Shown one piece after another: positions 17,408-27,585 of a stretch of 64,000 bases of DNA (position 1 is the first letter of the stretch; each line of letters opens with the position of its first letter). The position numbers and the translations under genes were made by a program. The stretch comes from Bacteroidales bacterium. Lineage in GTDB: Bacteria; Bacteroidota; Bacteroidia; Bacteroidales; JAUNSR01. The notes beneath the pieces are model-generated. The model did no database searches and was not told the origin of the DNA. It saw nothing but the letters and a program-made list of their open reading frames with translations. The stretch is from assembly GCA_036655355.1 (NCBI GenBank), contig JAVVQG010000016.1, positions 35,333-99,332 on the forward strand, read 5' to 3'.

Positions 17408-18658
17408 ATGGACCGAATAATAGAAAAGAAGAAAGGATTATCGAAAAAGCATCTACCCTATGTGATCGGGGGTGCCGTACTCTTACTGCTTATCGGCTGG
17501 ATGGTGTTGGGCGACCACTCCTCGAAACTGAAAGTGGAGAAGAAAGGAATCACCATCGCTACCGTCGAGTCGAATCCGTTTAACGACTACATACGCCTGA
17601 ACGGACAGGTTCAGCCCGGATCGCTCATTCAAATCAGTGCCGTAGAGAGCGGCATCATCGATGAGAAGTTGATCGAGGAGGGGGTTACGGTGAAAAAAGG
17701 GGATGTGATTCTGCGCATGAAAAACCCGAGTCTGAGCCTGGCGATTCTGGATAGCGAGGCGCAATTGGCCGAAAAGCAGAACTTCCTGCGCAATACGCAG
17801 GTGACGATGGAGCAGGAAAGGCTGAATCTGCGTCAAGAGTTGCTCTCGGTGCAGTTAGAGGCTGCTCGCAAGAAAAGAGCGTACCAACAGAACGAAGCAC
17901 TCTATAAAGAGAAGCTGATCGCCCGCGAGGTGTATCTGCAGGCAAAAGAGGATTATGAATATGCGCGCGATAAGATGCAACTGATTGTGGATCGCCAGAA
18001 GCAGGATTCGATTTATCGCTCGGTGCAGGTGGATCAGATGCAAGAGAGTCTCGATAACATGCGCTTGAACCTGACGATGGTTCGGCAGCGGATCGAGAAC
18101 CTAAACATCCGTGCGCCATACGACGGACAACTCGGGTTGCTGGAGGCTGAAATCGGACAATCGGTTGCCACGGGGCAGCGCATCGGACAGATCAATGTGC
18201 TTTCTGATTTTAAGATCGAGGCGATGATTGACGAGCATTACATTGACCGGGTAGTGAACGGCTTGGAGGGAACGTTTGAGCGGCAGAATACCCGTTTCGG
18301 CGTGAGGGTATCGAAGGTTTATCCCGAGGTGAGGAACGGCCAGTTCCGTACCGACATGCGTTTCGTGGGGGAACGCCCGGAGAATATCCGAACCGGACAA
18401 ACCTATTACATCAATCTCCAGTTGGGGGAACCGAAGGATGGTATCCTGATCCCGCGCGGCTCGTTCTATCAGACCACGGGCGGAAAATGGATCTTCGTCG
18501 TGAGTGCGGACGGATCGCAGGCTACGCGTCGGAATATCCGCATCGGCCGACAGAATCCCCAATATTACGAGGTACTCGAAGGCCTTGAACCGGGTGAGAA
18601 GGTGATCGTGTCGGGCTATGAATCGTACGGGAAGAATGAGAAATTAATATTGAACTAA
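17408..18658 (+). CDS. efflux transporter periplasmic adaptor (HlyD/MacA-type membrane fusion protein)
   Basis: 416 aa with a single N-terminal TM (LPYVIGGAVLLLLIGWMVL), a long coiled-coil segment and a beta-barrel C-terminus. It sits between tolC and the ABC ATPase gene. Confidence 0.88.
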   Translation: MDRIIEKKKGLSKKHLPYVIGGAVLLLLIGWMVLGDHSSKLKVEKKGITIATVESNPFNDYIRLNGQVQPGSLIQISAVESGIIDEKLIEEGVTVKKGDVILRMKNPSLSLAILDSEAQLAEKQNFLRNTQVTMEQERLNLRQELLSVQLEAARKKRAYQQNEALYKEKLIAREVYLQAKEDYEYARDKMQLIVDRQKQDSIYRSVQVDQMQESLDNMRLNLTMVRQRIENLNIRAPYDGQLGLLEAEIGQSVATGQRIGQINVLSDFKIEAMIDEHYIDRVVNGLEGTFERQNTRFGVRVSKVYPEVRNGQFRTDMRFVGERPENIRTGQTYYINLQLGEPKDGILIPRGSFYQTTGGKWIFVVSADGSQATRRNIRIGRQNPQYYEVLEGLEPGEKVIVSGYESYGKNEKLILN

Positions 18659-18691
18659 AAAACAATTCTACAAACCATAAATTAATATACG

Positions 18692-19372
18692 ATGTTGAAG
18701 ATTGAAAACCTTAGTAAAGTGTTTCGTACCGAAGAGATCGAAACCGTAGCATTAGATAATGTGTCGCTCGAAGTGAAAGAGGGGGAATTCGTGGCAATCA
18801 TGGGACCGTCCGGTTGCGGAAAGTCCACCTTACTGAACATCCTGGGAATGTTGGATAACCCGACGCAGGGGAAATATTACCTTGACAATTATGAGGTGGG
18901 GGGACTCAAGGAGAAGCAACGTACCGAAGTGCGTAAGGGGAAGATCGGGTTTGTTTTTCAGAGTTTTAACCTCATCGAGGAGTTGAACGTATCAGAAAAT
19001 GTGGAGTTGCCACTGACCTATTTGAAAATGAAAAGCTCCGACCGTAAAGAGCGTGTTTCGGAGGTGCTGAAACGGGTGGCGATCAGTCACCGTGCCACCC
19101 ATTTCCCAAACCAGTTGTCCGGCGGTCAGCAGCAGCGCGTAGCGATTGCCCGTGCGGTAGTGGCGCATCCCAAGCTGATTTTGGCGGATGAGCCGACGGG
19201 AAATCTCGACTCGAAGAACGGGTTGGAGGTGATGAACCTCTTGACGGAATTGAATAAAGAGGGTGCTACCATCGTGATGGTGACTCACAGTCAGCGTGAC
19301 GCCTCGTATGCGCATCGTGTGATTAACCTGTTTGACGGTCATGTGGTGACCGAAGTTCGCAATATGATGTAA
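18692..19372 (+). CDS. ABC transporter ATP-binding protein (MacB/LolD-type NBD)
   Basis: 226 aa with Walker A GPSGCGKST, signature LSGGQQQRVAIARA and Walker B LILADEPT. Confidence 0.93.
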   Translation: MLKIENLSKVFRTEEIETVALDNVSLEVKEGEFVAIMGPSGCGKSTLLNILGMLDNPTQGKYYLDNYEVGGLKEKQRTEVRKGKIGFVFQSFNLIEELNVSENVELPLTYLKMKSSDRKERVSEVLKRVAISHRATHFPNQLSGGQQQRVAIARAVVAHPKLILADEPTGNLDSKNGLEVMNLLTELNKEGATIVMVTHSQRDASYAHRVINLFDGHVVTEVRNMM

Positions 19373-19382
19373 AAACCCCACC

Positions 19383-21704
19383 ATGAATCCATTCAATGAT
19401 TTTTATCGCAATTTCATTCGTAATCGGCAGATCTATTTGCTGAATATGATGGGCCTTGTGCCCGGACTGGCGTGTTGTTTACTGATCTTGTTATGGATAC
19501 GGTATGAATACAATATAGATCGCCAATATCCGGAAGCCACGAAGATCGTGACGGTAGCGGGATACCACGAAGGTAGCGAAGCCTTCGGAGGGGCACCTCC
19601 GATTGTGGGACCCACGCTGGCGGCGGAAAATCCCGAGGTACTCGACTTTACGCGTGTTGTTTGGGGAAGCCGGAGTTTGAGTTATGAAAGCGAAGCGTTT
19701 GATATCGTATCCTTCGATGTGGATCCGGGCTATTTCTCTATTTTCGGAGTGGAGATGCGGGATGGGAAACCGTTCGGTGCGGATGAGATGAATAAATGCG
19801 TGGTCTCCGAATCGGTGGCACGCGAGGTGTTCGGCGATAAGCCGGCCGTGGGACAAATGTTGACCTTCGATTCGGGTACCTTCGAGGTTGCCGGTGTGAT
19901 GAAAGACCCGGATAAGAACAGCACCGTGTTGGGCGCTGCAGGCGAATTGAGTCGTCCGGGCGTATGCGTACTGTTGCCGATTCTCCGCAACAAGGAATCG
20001 CTGCAATATTGGTACAACAACAGTTACCGCACGTACCTGCGCATGAAAGATACGCCCGATATGGCGCTTTTCCGGGAGAAGATCAAAAACAGGGTGATGG
20101 AGGCGCAACCGGAATTCGCCCTTTATCTCACCTCCGATCTTTTGGTGAATCGCAATTTATATACCTATGGCAATATCCAACGGATGCGTCTGATGGGAAT
20201 CATCGCCCTAGCGGTGTTGCTGATCGCCTGTATCAATTTCATCAACCTGGCTACGGCGGGATTTACGAAGAGTTCATTTCAAACGGGACTTCGCAAGATA
20301 CTGGGCGCCTCGCGTGCCGGATTGATCGGCCATTATCTGTTCAATACGTTTCTGATCATCCTGATCTCCTTCATCCTGGCCATCGGATTGGCGTTGTTGG
20401 TGTTTCCGATTTTCAATTCGATGATGGGCAAATCGCTCGAGATGAGGGACCTTTTCTCGCCGGATCAGATTTGGCTGGGACTCGGAGTCGTGGTGTTCAC
20501 GACGCTTTTGGCGGGAATCTATCCGGCCATTTACCTCTCCTCTTTCAAGCCTTTGAACATTTTGAAGGGAACCTATTCCAGAGGAAGCTGGAATGCCCGT
20601 TTCCGCGAGGTGCTGGTGGTGATTCAGTTCTGCGTATCGATCGTATTGATCATCTCCACGTTGGTTATCTCCAAACAGATCCGGATGTTTCAGACGATGG
20701 ATCTGGGGTATGAGTGGCACGAGGTGATGTATGTTTCTTTGCGAAATGAGAACCAGCAACGCAAAGGGAAACTATTGAAATCGGAATTGCTCAAAGAACC
20801 TTCTGTGGAGCGGGTGAGCCTTTCGGTATCGCTCCCCTCCAATATCAATTGGAACGGCGTGGGCTTTCAATGGGGCGATGATGAGGAGAATGCCAAAAAG
20901 CTGATCACCTTTAATTTTGCCGATGAGGATTGGGCATCCGTTTACGACCTGAAATTCCGTGAGGGGACTTTCTACTCCGATTCAACCAGGGGTGTGGTGG
21001 TGAATGAGAAGATGCTTGAGATGATGGATACCGATACGGGTTTGGATAAGGAGATCCGACGGAACCAAGATGCGATGAAGATCGTAGGGGTATTGGATAA
21101 ATTTATGTTCAATAACTTCAAGACTACGGCCGAACCTTGTCTGATTCTCCCTTTCCAGGAAGGGGTATCCCCAAATATTGTGAATATTCGGGTGAGCGGA
21201 AATAACCTGCAGCAGGTTTATGAAACGATTCAGAAACGAACCGAAGCGATTTTGGGTGAGAAACCCACGGTTCGCTTCCTCGATCACAACATCGAATTAA
21301 AGCTAACGGCAGAAAGGCAATCTTCGCAGATGGTAACCTATTTTTCGGTATTGGCGATTATCATTTCCTGTCTCGGTTTATTCGGACTTGCCGCTTTTAT
21401 GATAGAGCAGAAACGCAAGGAGATCGGCATCCGTCGTGCAAACGGTGCACAGATTCGAGAAATCATCTGGTTGCTGAACATGAACTTTATCAAACCGGTA
21501 TTGATCGGCTTTGTGATAGCGTGTCCGGTAGCGTGGTATCTCATGAACAAATGGCTCGAGAATTACATGGATAAAACCTCGCTTGATCTATGGATCTTCG
21601 TTGGTGCGGGGGTGATTACGATTGCCATCGCCATCCTTACCTTGGTGTGGCGTACGTGGAGCGCGGCAACCGAAAATCCGGTGAATTGCCTCAAAGAGGA
21701 GTAA
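19383..21704 (+). CDS. ABC transporter permease, MacB/FtsX-type, duplicated module (paralog 3)
   Basis: 773 aa with the same architecture as the two permeases at 8159-12910. It starts 10 bp after the ATPase gene. Confidence 0.85.
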   Translation: MNPFNDFYRNFIRNRQIYLLNMMGLVPGLACCLLILLWIRYEYNIDRQYPEATKIVTVAGYHEGSEAFGGAPPIVGPTLAAENPEVLDFTRVVWGSRSLSYESEAFDIVSFDVDPGYFSIFGVEMRDGKPFGADEMNKCVVSESVAREVFGDKPAVGQMLTFDSGTFEVAGVMKDPDKNSTVLGAAGELSRPGVCVLLPILRNKESLQYWYNNSYRTYLRMKDTPDMALFREKIKNRVMEAQPEFALYLTSDLLVNRNLYTYGNIQRMRLMGIIALAVLLIACINFINLATAGFTKSSFQTGLRKILGASRAGLIGHYLFNTFLIILISFILAIGLALLVFPIFNSMMGKSLEMRDLFSPDQIWLGLGVVVFTTLLAGIYPAIYLSSFKPLNILKGTYSRGSWNARFREVLVVIQFCVSIVLIISTLVISKQIRMFQTMDLGYEWHEVMYVSLRNENQQRKGKLLKSELLKEPSVERVSLSVSLPSNINWNGVGFQWGDDEENAKKLITFNFADEDWASVYDLKFREGTFYSDSTRGVVVNEKMLEMMDTDTGLDKEIRRNQDAMKIVGVLDKFMFNNFKTTAEPCLILPFQEGVSPNIVNIRVSGNNLQQVYETIQKRTEAILGEKPTVRFLDHNIELKLTAERQSSQMVTYFSVLAIIISCLGLFGLAAFMIEQKRKEIGIRRANGAQIREIIWLLNMNFIKPVLIGFVIACPVAWYLMNKWLENYMDKTSLDLWIFVGAGVITIAIAILTLVWRTWSAATENPVNCLKEE

Positions 21705-21725
21705 CTTAACGTGAATTGATATAAA

Positions 21726-21774
21726 GCAGACAGTATGTTTCGATTGGTTGAAACGTGCTGTCTGTTTTTGTTTT
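21726..21774 (+). terminator. rho-independent terminator after the efflux operon
   Basis: CAGACAG (21727-21733) pairs with CTGTCTG (21758-21764), with an inner GTTTC/GAAAC pairing. It is followed by TTTTTGTTTT. Confidence 0.7.
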
Positions 21775-21892
21775 AAACGAATGCCGGTGATTTCTGAACA
21801 ATCTGAAAATAAAATAGGTTATTAGTTAACGAAAGAGTGGTAATCGTTTTTCTTCCATATATTTGAAGGTATATAAACTTAATGAAAATAAA

Positions 21893-23278
21893 ATGTTGAT
21901 ATTTATTAATTTAGCTATCTTTTTAATATTAATAGGCGTGCTGGTAGTACTCCAGAAGCGCTATGTAAAATTCTCCACCCGTGTATTTGTAGCTACGGGC
22001 ATGGGGGTGCTTTTCGGAGTATTTCTTCAGCTCTTTTTCAAACCCGATGTGATTGCCCAGACCTTGCAGTGGACGGCGATTTTCGGCGAGGGGTATGTAC
22101 GGTTGTTGCAGATGATTGTGATGCCGTTGATCTTCGTGTCGATTCTCTCGGCGATTATCAACCTCAAAAACGGAGGGGAAGGATTGGGGAAGATGGCGTT
22201 TCTGATTGTGGGAATATTGGTTGGAACGGCTATGATTGCCGCCCTTGTGGGTGTGGTGACGGCCAACGGTTTCGGTCTTTCGGTAGAGGGACTTCAAATG
22301 GGAGCTATGGAATCCGCGCGGGGAGCTGCATTGGAAAATAAACTTACCGATCTGGATGCGATGCCATTCTCTCAACGTTTGATCGAGTTAATTCCGACCA
22401 ATGTGTTTCAAGATTTCTCCGGAAGTAGGGATTCCTCAACCATCGGCGTGGTGATTTTTACCTCGTTCCTGGGTATCGCCGCATTGGGGATCCGGAAGAA
22501 AAAACCGGTATCGTTCGAGTTCTTTAAAAACCTGGTCGTTTCATTGCACGATGTGATTATGCGTTTGGTGACGCTGATTCTTCGCCTTACTCCGTACGGT
22601 ATCGTGGCCTTGATGGCAAAGGTGGTTGCTACCAGCAGTGTAGCAGATATACTGAATCTGGGGACCTTCATTGTAGCCTCTTATGTAGCGCTTATCTCGA
22701 TGTTTGTGATCCATTTGCTGCTGATTTCCTTTGTAAAGGTGAATCCGGTGACGTATGTGAAAAAGGTGCTTCCGGTGTTGACATTCGCTTTCACTTCGAG
22801 AAGCAGTGCGGGTACGATTCCGTTGAATGTGGAAACGCAGACCGATAAGTTGGGCGTGGACGAAGGGGTTGCCAACCTTTCGGCTTCGTTGGGTGCGACG
22901 ATCGGCCAGAATGGTTGTGCAGCAATTTATCCGGCGATGTTGGCCATCATGATTGCTCCGGTGGCAGGGGTGGATCCGATGAGTCTGGAGTTCATCATTA
23001 AGTTGATTGCGATCATCGCAATCAGTTCTTTCGGCGTTGCCGGAGTGGGTGGCGGTGCAACGTTTGCCGCTCTGATCGTACTTTCGTCGCTGAATTTCCC
23101 GGTAGCTCTGGTAGGCTTGCTGATTTCGGTAGAGCCGCTGATCGACATGGGCCGAACGGCGCTGAATGTGAACGGCGCGATGGTGACCGGTGTGATCTCG
23201 TCGCGTTTGCTTCGAACCTTTGACATGAAGGTGTTCCGAACCCCGAATGCGGTCGAAGAGAAAGAGATGAAGTTGTAA
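21893..23278 (+). CDS. dicarboxylate/amino acid:cation symporter (DAACS family; TcyP/YdjN-like)
   Basis: About 461 aa and polytopic. The N-terminus MLIFINLAIFLILIGVLVVLQKRYVKFSTRVF resembles cystine-type DAACS carriers as I recall them. The track ORF starts at TTG at 21863; the first in-frame ATG is at 21893. Confidence 0.75.
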   Translation: MLIFINLAIFLILIGVLVVLQKRYVKFSTRVFVATGMGVLFGVFLQLFFKPDVIAQTLQWTAIFGEGYVRLLQMIVMPLIFVSILSAIINLKNGGEGLGKMAFLIVGILVGTAMIAALVGVVTANGFGLSVEGLQMGAMESARGAALENKLTDLDAMPFSQRLIELIPTNVFQDFSGSRDSSTIGVVIFTSFLGIAALGIRKKKPVSFEFFKNLVVSLHDVIMRLVTLILRLTPYGIVALMAKVVATSSVADILNLGTFIVASYVALISMFVIHLLLISFVKVNPVTYVKKVLPVLTFAFTSRSSAGTIPLNVETQTDKLGVDEGVANLSASLGATIGQNGCAAIYPAMLAIMIAPVAGVDPMSLEFIIKLIAIIAISSFGVAGVGGGATFAALIVLSSLNFPVALVGLLISVEPLIDMGRTALNVNGAMVTGVISSRLLRTFDMKVFRTPNAVEEKEMKL

Positions 23279-23315
23279 GGGGGAGTAAATAGGAGAGCCC
23301 GAAATAATATTGGAT

Positions 23316-23365
23316 AGCCTGAATGATCAGACCCACACGGTCCGGATGATTCAGGCTTTTTTTTA
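23316..23365 (+). terminator. rho-independent terminator after the symporter gene
   Basis: AGCCTGAATGATC pairs with GATGATTCAGGCT (one mismatch), followed by T8. Confidence 0.75.
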
Positions 23366-23531
23366 TTTGTATACTATCCGGAACCTTTAATAATGCCGGA
23401 TTATGCACAAATTGCAGTCAATTATTCCGTTTCGTATCTTTTCCGGTACTTCCTATTTAAGCAACTCCTTATTTTGGATTGTATTTTTGTAGCACCTCCT
23501 CTGGGCGTGGTTGAGGCTACACAGAGAGCTT

Positions 23532-24449
23532 ATGAAAAATGGAAATATACTAATGAAAATGTCAACGGACAACACTTCATTCAAAATAGATAGCAGAGAT
23601 GAGTATTCTCTTTTTGAGAATCTAGAGCAAATTGTAAAATGTTTGGAGAAACAGCGATTGGCCGATGTGGGGCGGTTTATCTCTTTTCAACCCGGTGAAC
23701 AATATAAAAAACATGCTCATGTAAGAATAGAGATCAATTACGTGAAGAAAGGAAGTTGTATCATTGAACTGCCCGAAGAAACCATCAGTTTTAAAGAGGG
23801 AGAGTTGATGATCATCTGCTCAAACGTGCTCCATTCTTTTCAGGCCGGTCCAAGCGGATGTACCTTAATGCAGTTGGAGTTTCTTCCGGAGATATTCAAC
23901 CGGGTTCAGCACTCACTGGATTCGAAGGAGGATGAATTGTCTCCCTGCAATATTTTCAGTTCAAAGAACGACTTGATCAAGATTGTGAATAACATCTCCA
24001 TTGTACGTGCCGTGGAACAGATTCTGAGTGAACTGAAGAGTAGGGGAAAATATTACCAACATCTGATCATCATGCATTATGCGGAACTTCTTATTCTTAT
24101 TTACAGACATCTGACGGATAATTACATCCCCTTGTGTTCAAATCAGATGATGAAAGATGCAATCGGTTTTGTCAAGGAACATTATCAGGAGAATATCAGC
24201 TCGGGCGATATAGCCCAACATGCAGGCATTAGTGAACGGTATCTCCGAAAGATTTTTGCGCATCATCTGGATATTACCCCAATGGATTACTTGAATCAAA
24301 TACGAATTAATAAATCAATCGAATTACTTCGACTCACCTCGTTATCAATCAAAGAGGTCAGTTTTTTGTGCGGATTCAATTCGCCTCAATATTTTTCACG
24401 CGTGTTCAAACAACAAACAGGAAGTACTCCGCGTGAGATCATCAAATAA
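23532..24449 (+). CDS. AraC family transcriptional regulator (cupin sensor plus HTH)
   Basis: The cupin-like N-terminus is HAHVRIEINYVKKGSCI and the C-terminal AraC HTH region is SIKEVSFLCGFNSPQYFSRVFKQQTGSTPRE. ATG at 23532 is preferred over the alternative start at 23511. Confidence 0.85.
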   Translation: MKNGNILMKMSTDNTSFKIDSRDEYSLFENLEQIVKCLEKQRLADVGRFISFQPGEQYKKHAHVRIEINYVKKGSCIIELPEETISFKEGELMIICSNVLHSFQAGPSGCTLMQLEFLPEIFNRVQHSLDSKEDELSPCNIFSSKNDLIKIVNNISIVRAVEQILSELKSRGKYYQHLIIMHYAELLILIYRHLTDNYIPLCSNQMMKDAIGFVKEHYQENISSGDIAQHAGISERYLRKIFAHHLDITPMDYLNQIRINKSIELLRLTSLSIKEVSFLCGFNSPQYFSRVFKQQTGSTPREIIK

Positions 24450-24495
24450 AAAATCATTCCTTATTGATCTCTATGTTTATTTTAAAACCAGTTTC

Positions 24496-27462
24496 ATGCA
24501 ATCTAAACTATTAAAACGTATCGGTTTGAGTGTTTTGGTTTCTTTCGCTGCTCATTCCGGTAGTGCACAAGATATCACTCAATACGTAATGCCTGAAAAA
24601 GTTTCCGGTATATCCCAACATCGGATGTTATTAAGCGGAACATGGCAATTTCAATTTAATCCCACCCAAACCTGGAAACCGGTCGTGGTACCCGGCGAAC
24701 TGGCGATGCAAGGGTTCGCCATCGAACATGACCGTCCGGTACTCTATAAGAAGGAGTTCGATGTGCCGACTGAATTCAAGGATAAAACCCTGATTTTGCG
24801 GTTTGACGGAGTGTATGCGTATGCCCGCTTGTGGGTAAACGGCAAATACGTACAGGATCATTTCGGTGGATTTACCCGTTGGGAAAGCGATGTGACCCAC
24901 TTGTTGCGTCCGGGTGCGAAAAATGAGATTAAAATAGAAGTCACAGACTTGAAAGACGACATTTCATACGCTTCGGGGTATGCGCATCACCCGATTGCAG
25001 GGATTCTGAGGGATGTTGAATTATATGCTTTGCCGGCGTGTAATCTGAGTAATCTGAGTGTGGAGACACATCTGGATTCTTTGTATCAGGATGCAAACCT
25101 CTTCGTCAGTGTACATGCGAATGCATCCCCCGGAAGTACGATCCGTTTTGAATTGACCTCTCCGAAAGGGGATAAAATCGAATTGGATTCGCCGATACGC
25201 TCTTTGCAAGATGGAAAAAACGAATATCGCTTTCCGATAACCCGACCAACGAAATGGGATGCCGAACATCCTCACCTGTATCAACTCTCGATGACGGTTC
25301 TCCAAGAGGGACGCGAGCAGATGCGCTACAAACGGAAGGTGGGATTTCGCGATATCCAAATCCGCGGAAACAAGATGCTGGTAAACGGAAGTGCTGTGAA
25401 ATTACGCGGTGCCTGTCGTCACGATATTCATCCGACGCTCGGGAGAACCACTACGCGTGAACTTGATAGTCTTGACGTCCAGTTGTTTCGAAGAAGCAAT
25501 ATGAACTTTGTAAGGACTTCTCACTACCCGCCGACTGAACGATTCTTGGAGTTTTGTGATGAAGCGGGATTATATGTGGAATGTGAAACGGCTCTGTGTT
25601 TTGTGGATACGCATCGTCAGAAGAATTATGGACCCGCAGCATCGCAGAACGATACACTCTTTACTGGCAGGTACCTGCAACAATTAAAAGAGATGGTTAC
25701 CAGTTTCCGCTCTCACCCCTCCATTTTATTCTGGTCTGTTGGGAATGAGTGTAATTATGGAGGTAATTTTCAATATTCATATGATTGGGTGAAACAAAAT
25801 GACCTTACTCGTCCAGCAATCTTCAGTTATCCGGGCTCTGTAGAAAAAGGAAAGAAAACGTTCGATATCCTGAGTATGCATTATCCCGGAGTGGACGGTA
25901 CGATGAATCAATGGGGTGCCACTACGCAGGGATTCCAGACATCCTCCATGCCGAGTATTTTCGACGAATGGGCACATGTGCCATGTTATACCTACTCTAC
26001 GTTGCAGGATGATCCGAATATTCGCGAATTCTGGGGGGAATCCCTTGACAAAATGTGGGGTAAGTTGTTTGATGCTCCCGGAGGATTGGGAGGGGCGATC
26101 TGGGGATACATCGATGAAACGTTTATGGTTCCCGCTCCCCATACCGGAAATTCTTATTGGATCGAATATGCACATACCGCCAAGCCGAAAGATTATCAAG
26201 GTGATTGTGTGGGATATGGCGAATGGGGTATCGTAGATGTGTGGAGGCGTGAGAAACCGGAATTCTGGGGAACAAAAAAAGCGTATTCTCCCATTAAACT
26301 ACTTGCTACTCAAGTCCCTGAATTCACAAGTGGCACACCTCTTGTTTTGCCCGTATACAATCGTTTCGATCATACGAATCTGAAGGAGATTCAGGTGCGT
26401 TTCTCCTATAAGGATATTTCGGGTAGTTTCACGCCGGAATCTCTTCATCCGCATCGGAAAGGACGTATTGTGCTGCCTGCTCAGAAATGGGAGGGGGGTG
26501 AAGAAGTTAAGATTGACTTTCTAACCAACGAAAATGAATTGATCGATGCTTATGTCGTCACATTGGGGAGTCACTCGTCATTTGGTGCTGAAAAATCATC
26601 GGGTAAGTTGCACGTGCGGGAAACAGCGGACCAACTCGTTATCGAAGGAAAGGATTTCTGTATTCCATTTGATAAAAAAAGCGGATTGATCGTAGATGCG
26701 GTCTCGAAGGGGGAGGTTGTTATTGAAAAAGGACCTTTCCTGAATCTGGATTTGAATGTCAATCACCTTACGGGAGCGGAAGTTCGTGAAAAAGCCCGGA
26801 ATTACATTGTGAATGATGAAGATTGGATGCCGGGTGAGTTTTCATGGAAGAAAGAGAAACATCAGGTGGATATTCTTTTAAGTGGAAAATACCGGGATAT
26901 CGCCGTTGAAATGAATTTGCGAATTCATTCAAATGGAAAACTGGAGATTGATTATCGTACCACCGGTGAACCGAATGGCTGGTTGCGTGAATCGGGACTC
27001 AAATTCTATCTTCCGGAAAATATAGCACAGTTAAAATGGAAAAGAAAGGGTTACTGGAGTGCATATCCCGAAAATGCATTTGCCGGAAATAAAGGGGAAG
27101 CACCACTCTACAACTCACGAAAGGGGGGGTATGGAGAAGACCCCGGACAACCGTGGAATATGGATACACACAACTATTACTATTTTGCGAATCCCGGTGC
27201 GGATGTACAAAAGCCACTTACCAATATTGCAAAAGGTATGAAGGAACATATTTATTCCTATTCCCTGCAGGGAAATCAAAAAGGAGCCTTAGAGGTTTTG
27301 TCCGGTTCCGGGAAATTAGCGGCCCGTCTGAATAAACGAAAAGACGAACAGTTGATTCTATATGTAAATACCGAATGGGATTATCCTGAAATTGCATGGG
27401 GAAATTATTGCAAAGCACTTGACGTGGTGCCGTGTCACGGAAAAATAACGGTTCAATTATAA
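24496..27462 (+). CDS. glycoside hydrolase family 2 (beta-galactosidase-like)
   Basis: Signal peptide MQSKLLKRIGLSVLVSFAAHSGSAQ starts at ATG 24496. GH2 motifs are NFVRTSHYPP and the acid/base region FWSVGNEC. The long C-terminal beta-sandwich region is typical of large GH2 enzymes. Confidence 0.85.
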   Translation: MQSKLLKRIGLSVLVSFAAHSGSAQDITQYVMPEKVSGISQHRMLLSGTWQFQFNPTQTWKPVVVPGELAMQGFAIEHDRPVLYKKEFDVPTEFKDKTLILRFDGVYAYARLWVNGKYVQDHFGGFTRWESDVTHLLRPGAKNEIKIEVTDLKDDISYASGYAHHPIAGILRDVELYALPACNLSNLSVETHLDSLYQDANLFVSVHANASPGSTIRFELTSPKGDKIELDSPIRSLQDGKNEYRFPITRPTKWDAEHPHLYQLSMTVLQEGREQMRYKRKVGFRDIQIRGNKMLVNGSAVKLRGACRHDIHPTLGRTTTRELDSLDVQLFRRSNMNFVRTSHYPPTERFLEFCDEAGLYVECETALCFVDTHRQKNYGPAASQNDTLFTGRYLQQLKEMVTSFRSHPSILFWSVGNECNYGGNFQYSYDWVKQNDLTRPAIFSYPGSVEKGKKTFDILSMHYPGVDGTMNQWGATTQGFQTSSMPSIFDEWAHVPCYTYSTLQDDPNIREFWGESLDKMWGKLFDAPGGLGGAIWGYIDETFMVPAPHTGNSYWIEYAHTAKPKDYQGDCVGYGEWGIVDVWRREKPEFWGTKKAYSPIKLLATQVPEFTSGTPLVLPVYNRFDHTNLKEIQVRFSYKDISGSFTPESLHPHRKGRIVLPAQKWEGGEEVKIDFLTNENELIDAYVVTLGSHSSFGAEKSSGKLHVRETADQLVIEGKDFCIPFDKKSGLIVDAVSKGEVVIEKGPFLNLDLNVNHLTGAEVREKARNYIVNDEDWMPGEFSWKKEKHQVDILLSGKYRDIAVEMNLRIHSNGKLEIDYRTTGEPNGWLRESGLKFYLPENIAQLKWKRKGYWSAYPENAFAGNKGEAPLYNSRKGGYGEDPGQPWNMDTHNYYYFANPGADVQKPLTNIAKGMKEHIYSYSLQGNQKGALEVLSGSGKLAARLNKRKDEQLILYVNTEWDYPEIAWGNYCKALDVVPCHGKITVQL

Positions 27463-27469
27463 AACTACA

Positions 27470-27498
27470 AGAGGGTATGCTGCGGTATACCCTCTTTT
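27470..27498 (+). terminator. hairpin/terminator candidate after GH2
   Basis: AGAGGGTAT (27470-27478) pairs with ATACCCTCT (27487-27495), followed by TTT. Confidence 0.5.
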
Positions 27499-27585
27499 CA
27501 AATATAATGGTTAATTTAGCGAGCGTCTTGAAATTCACAACTGCTTAAAAAATAGCCTCCTGCTTATAGGGGGAAACCTAACATT

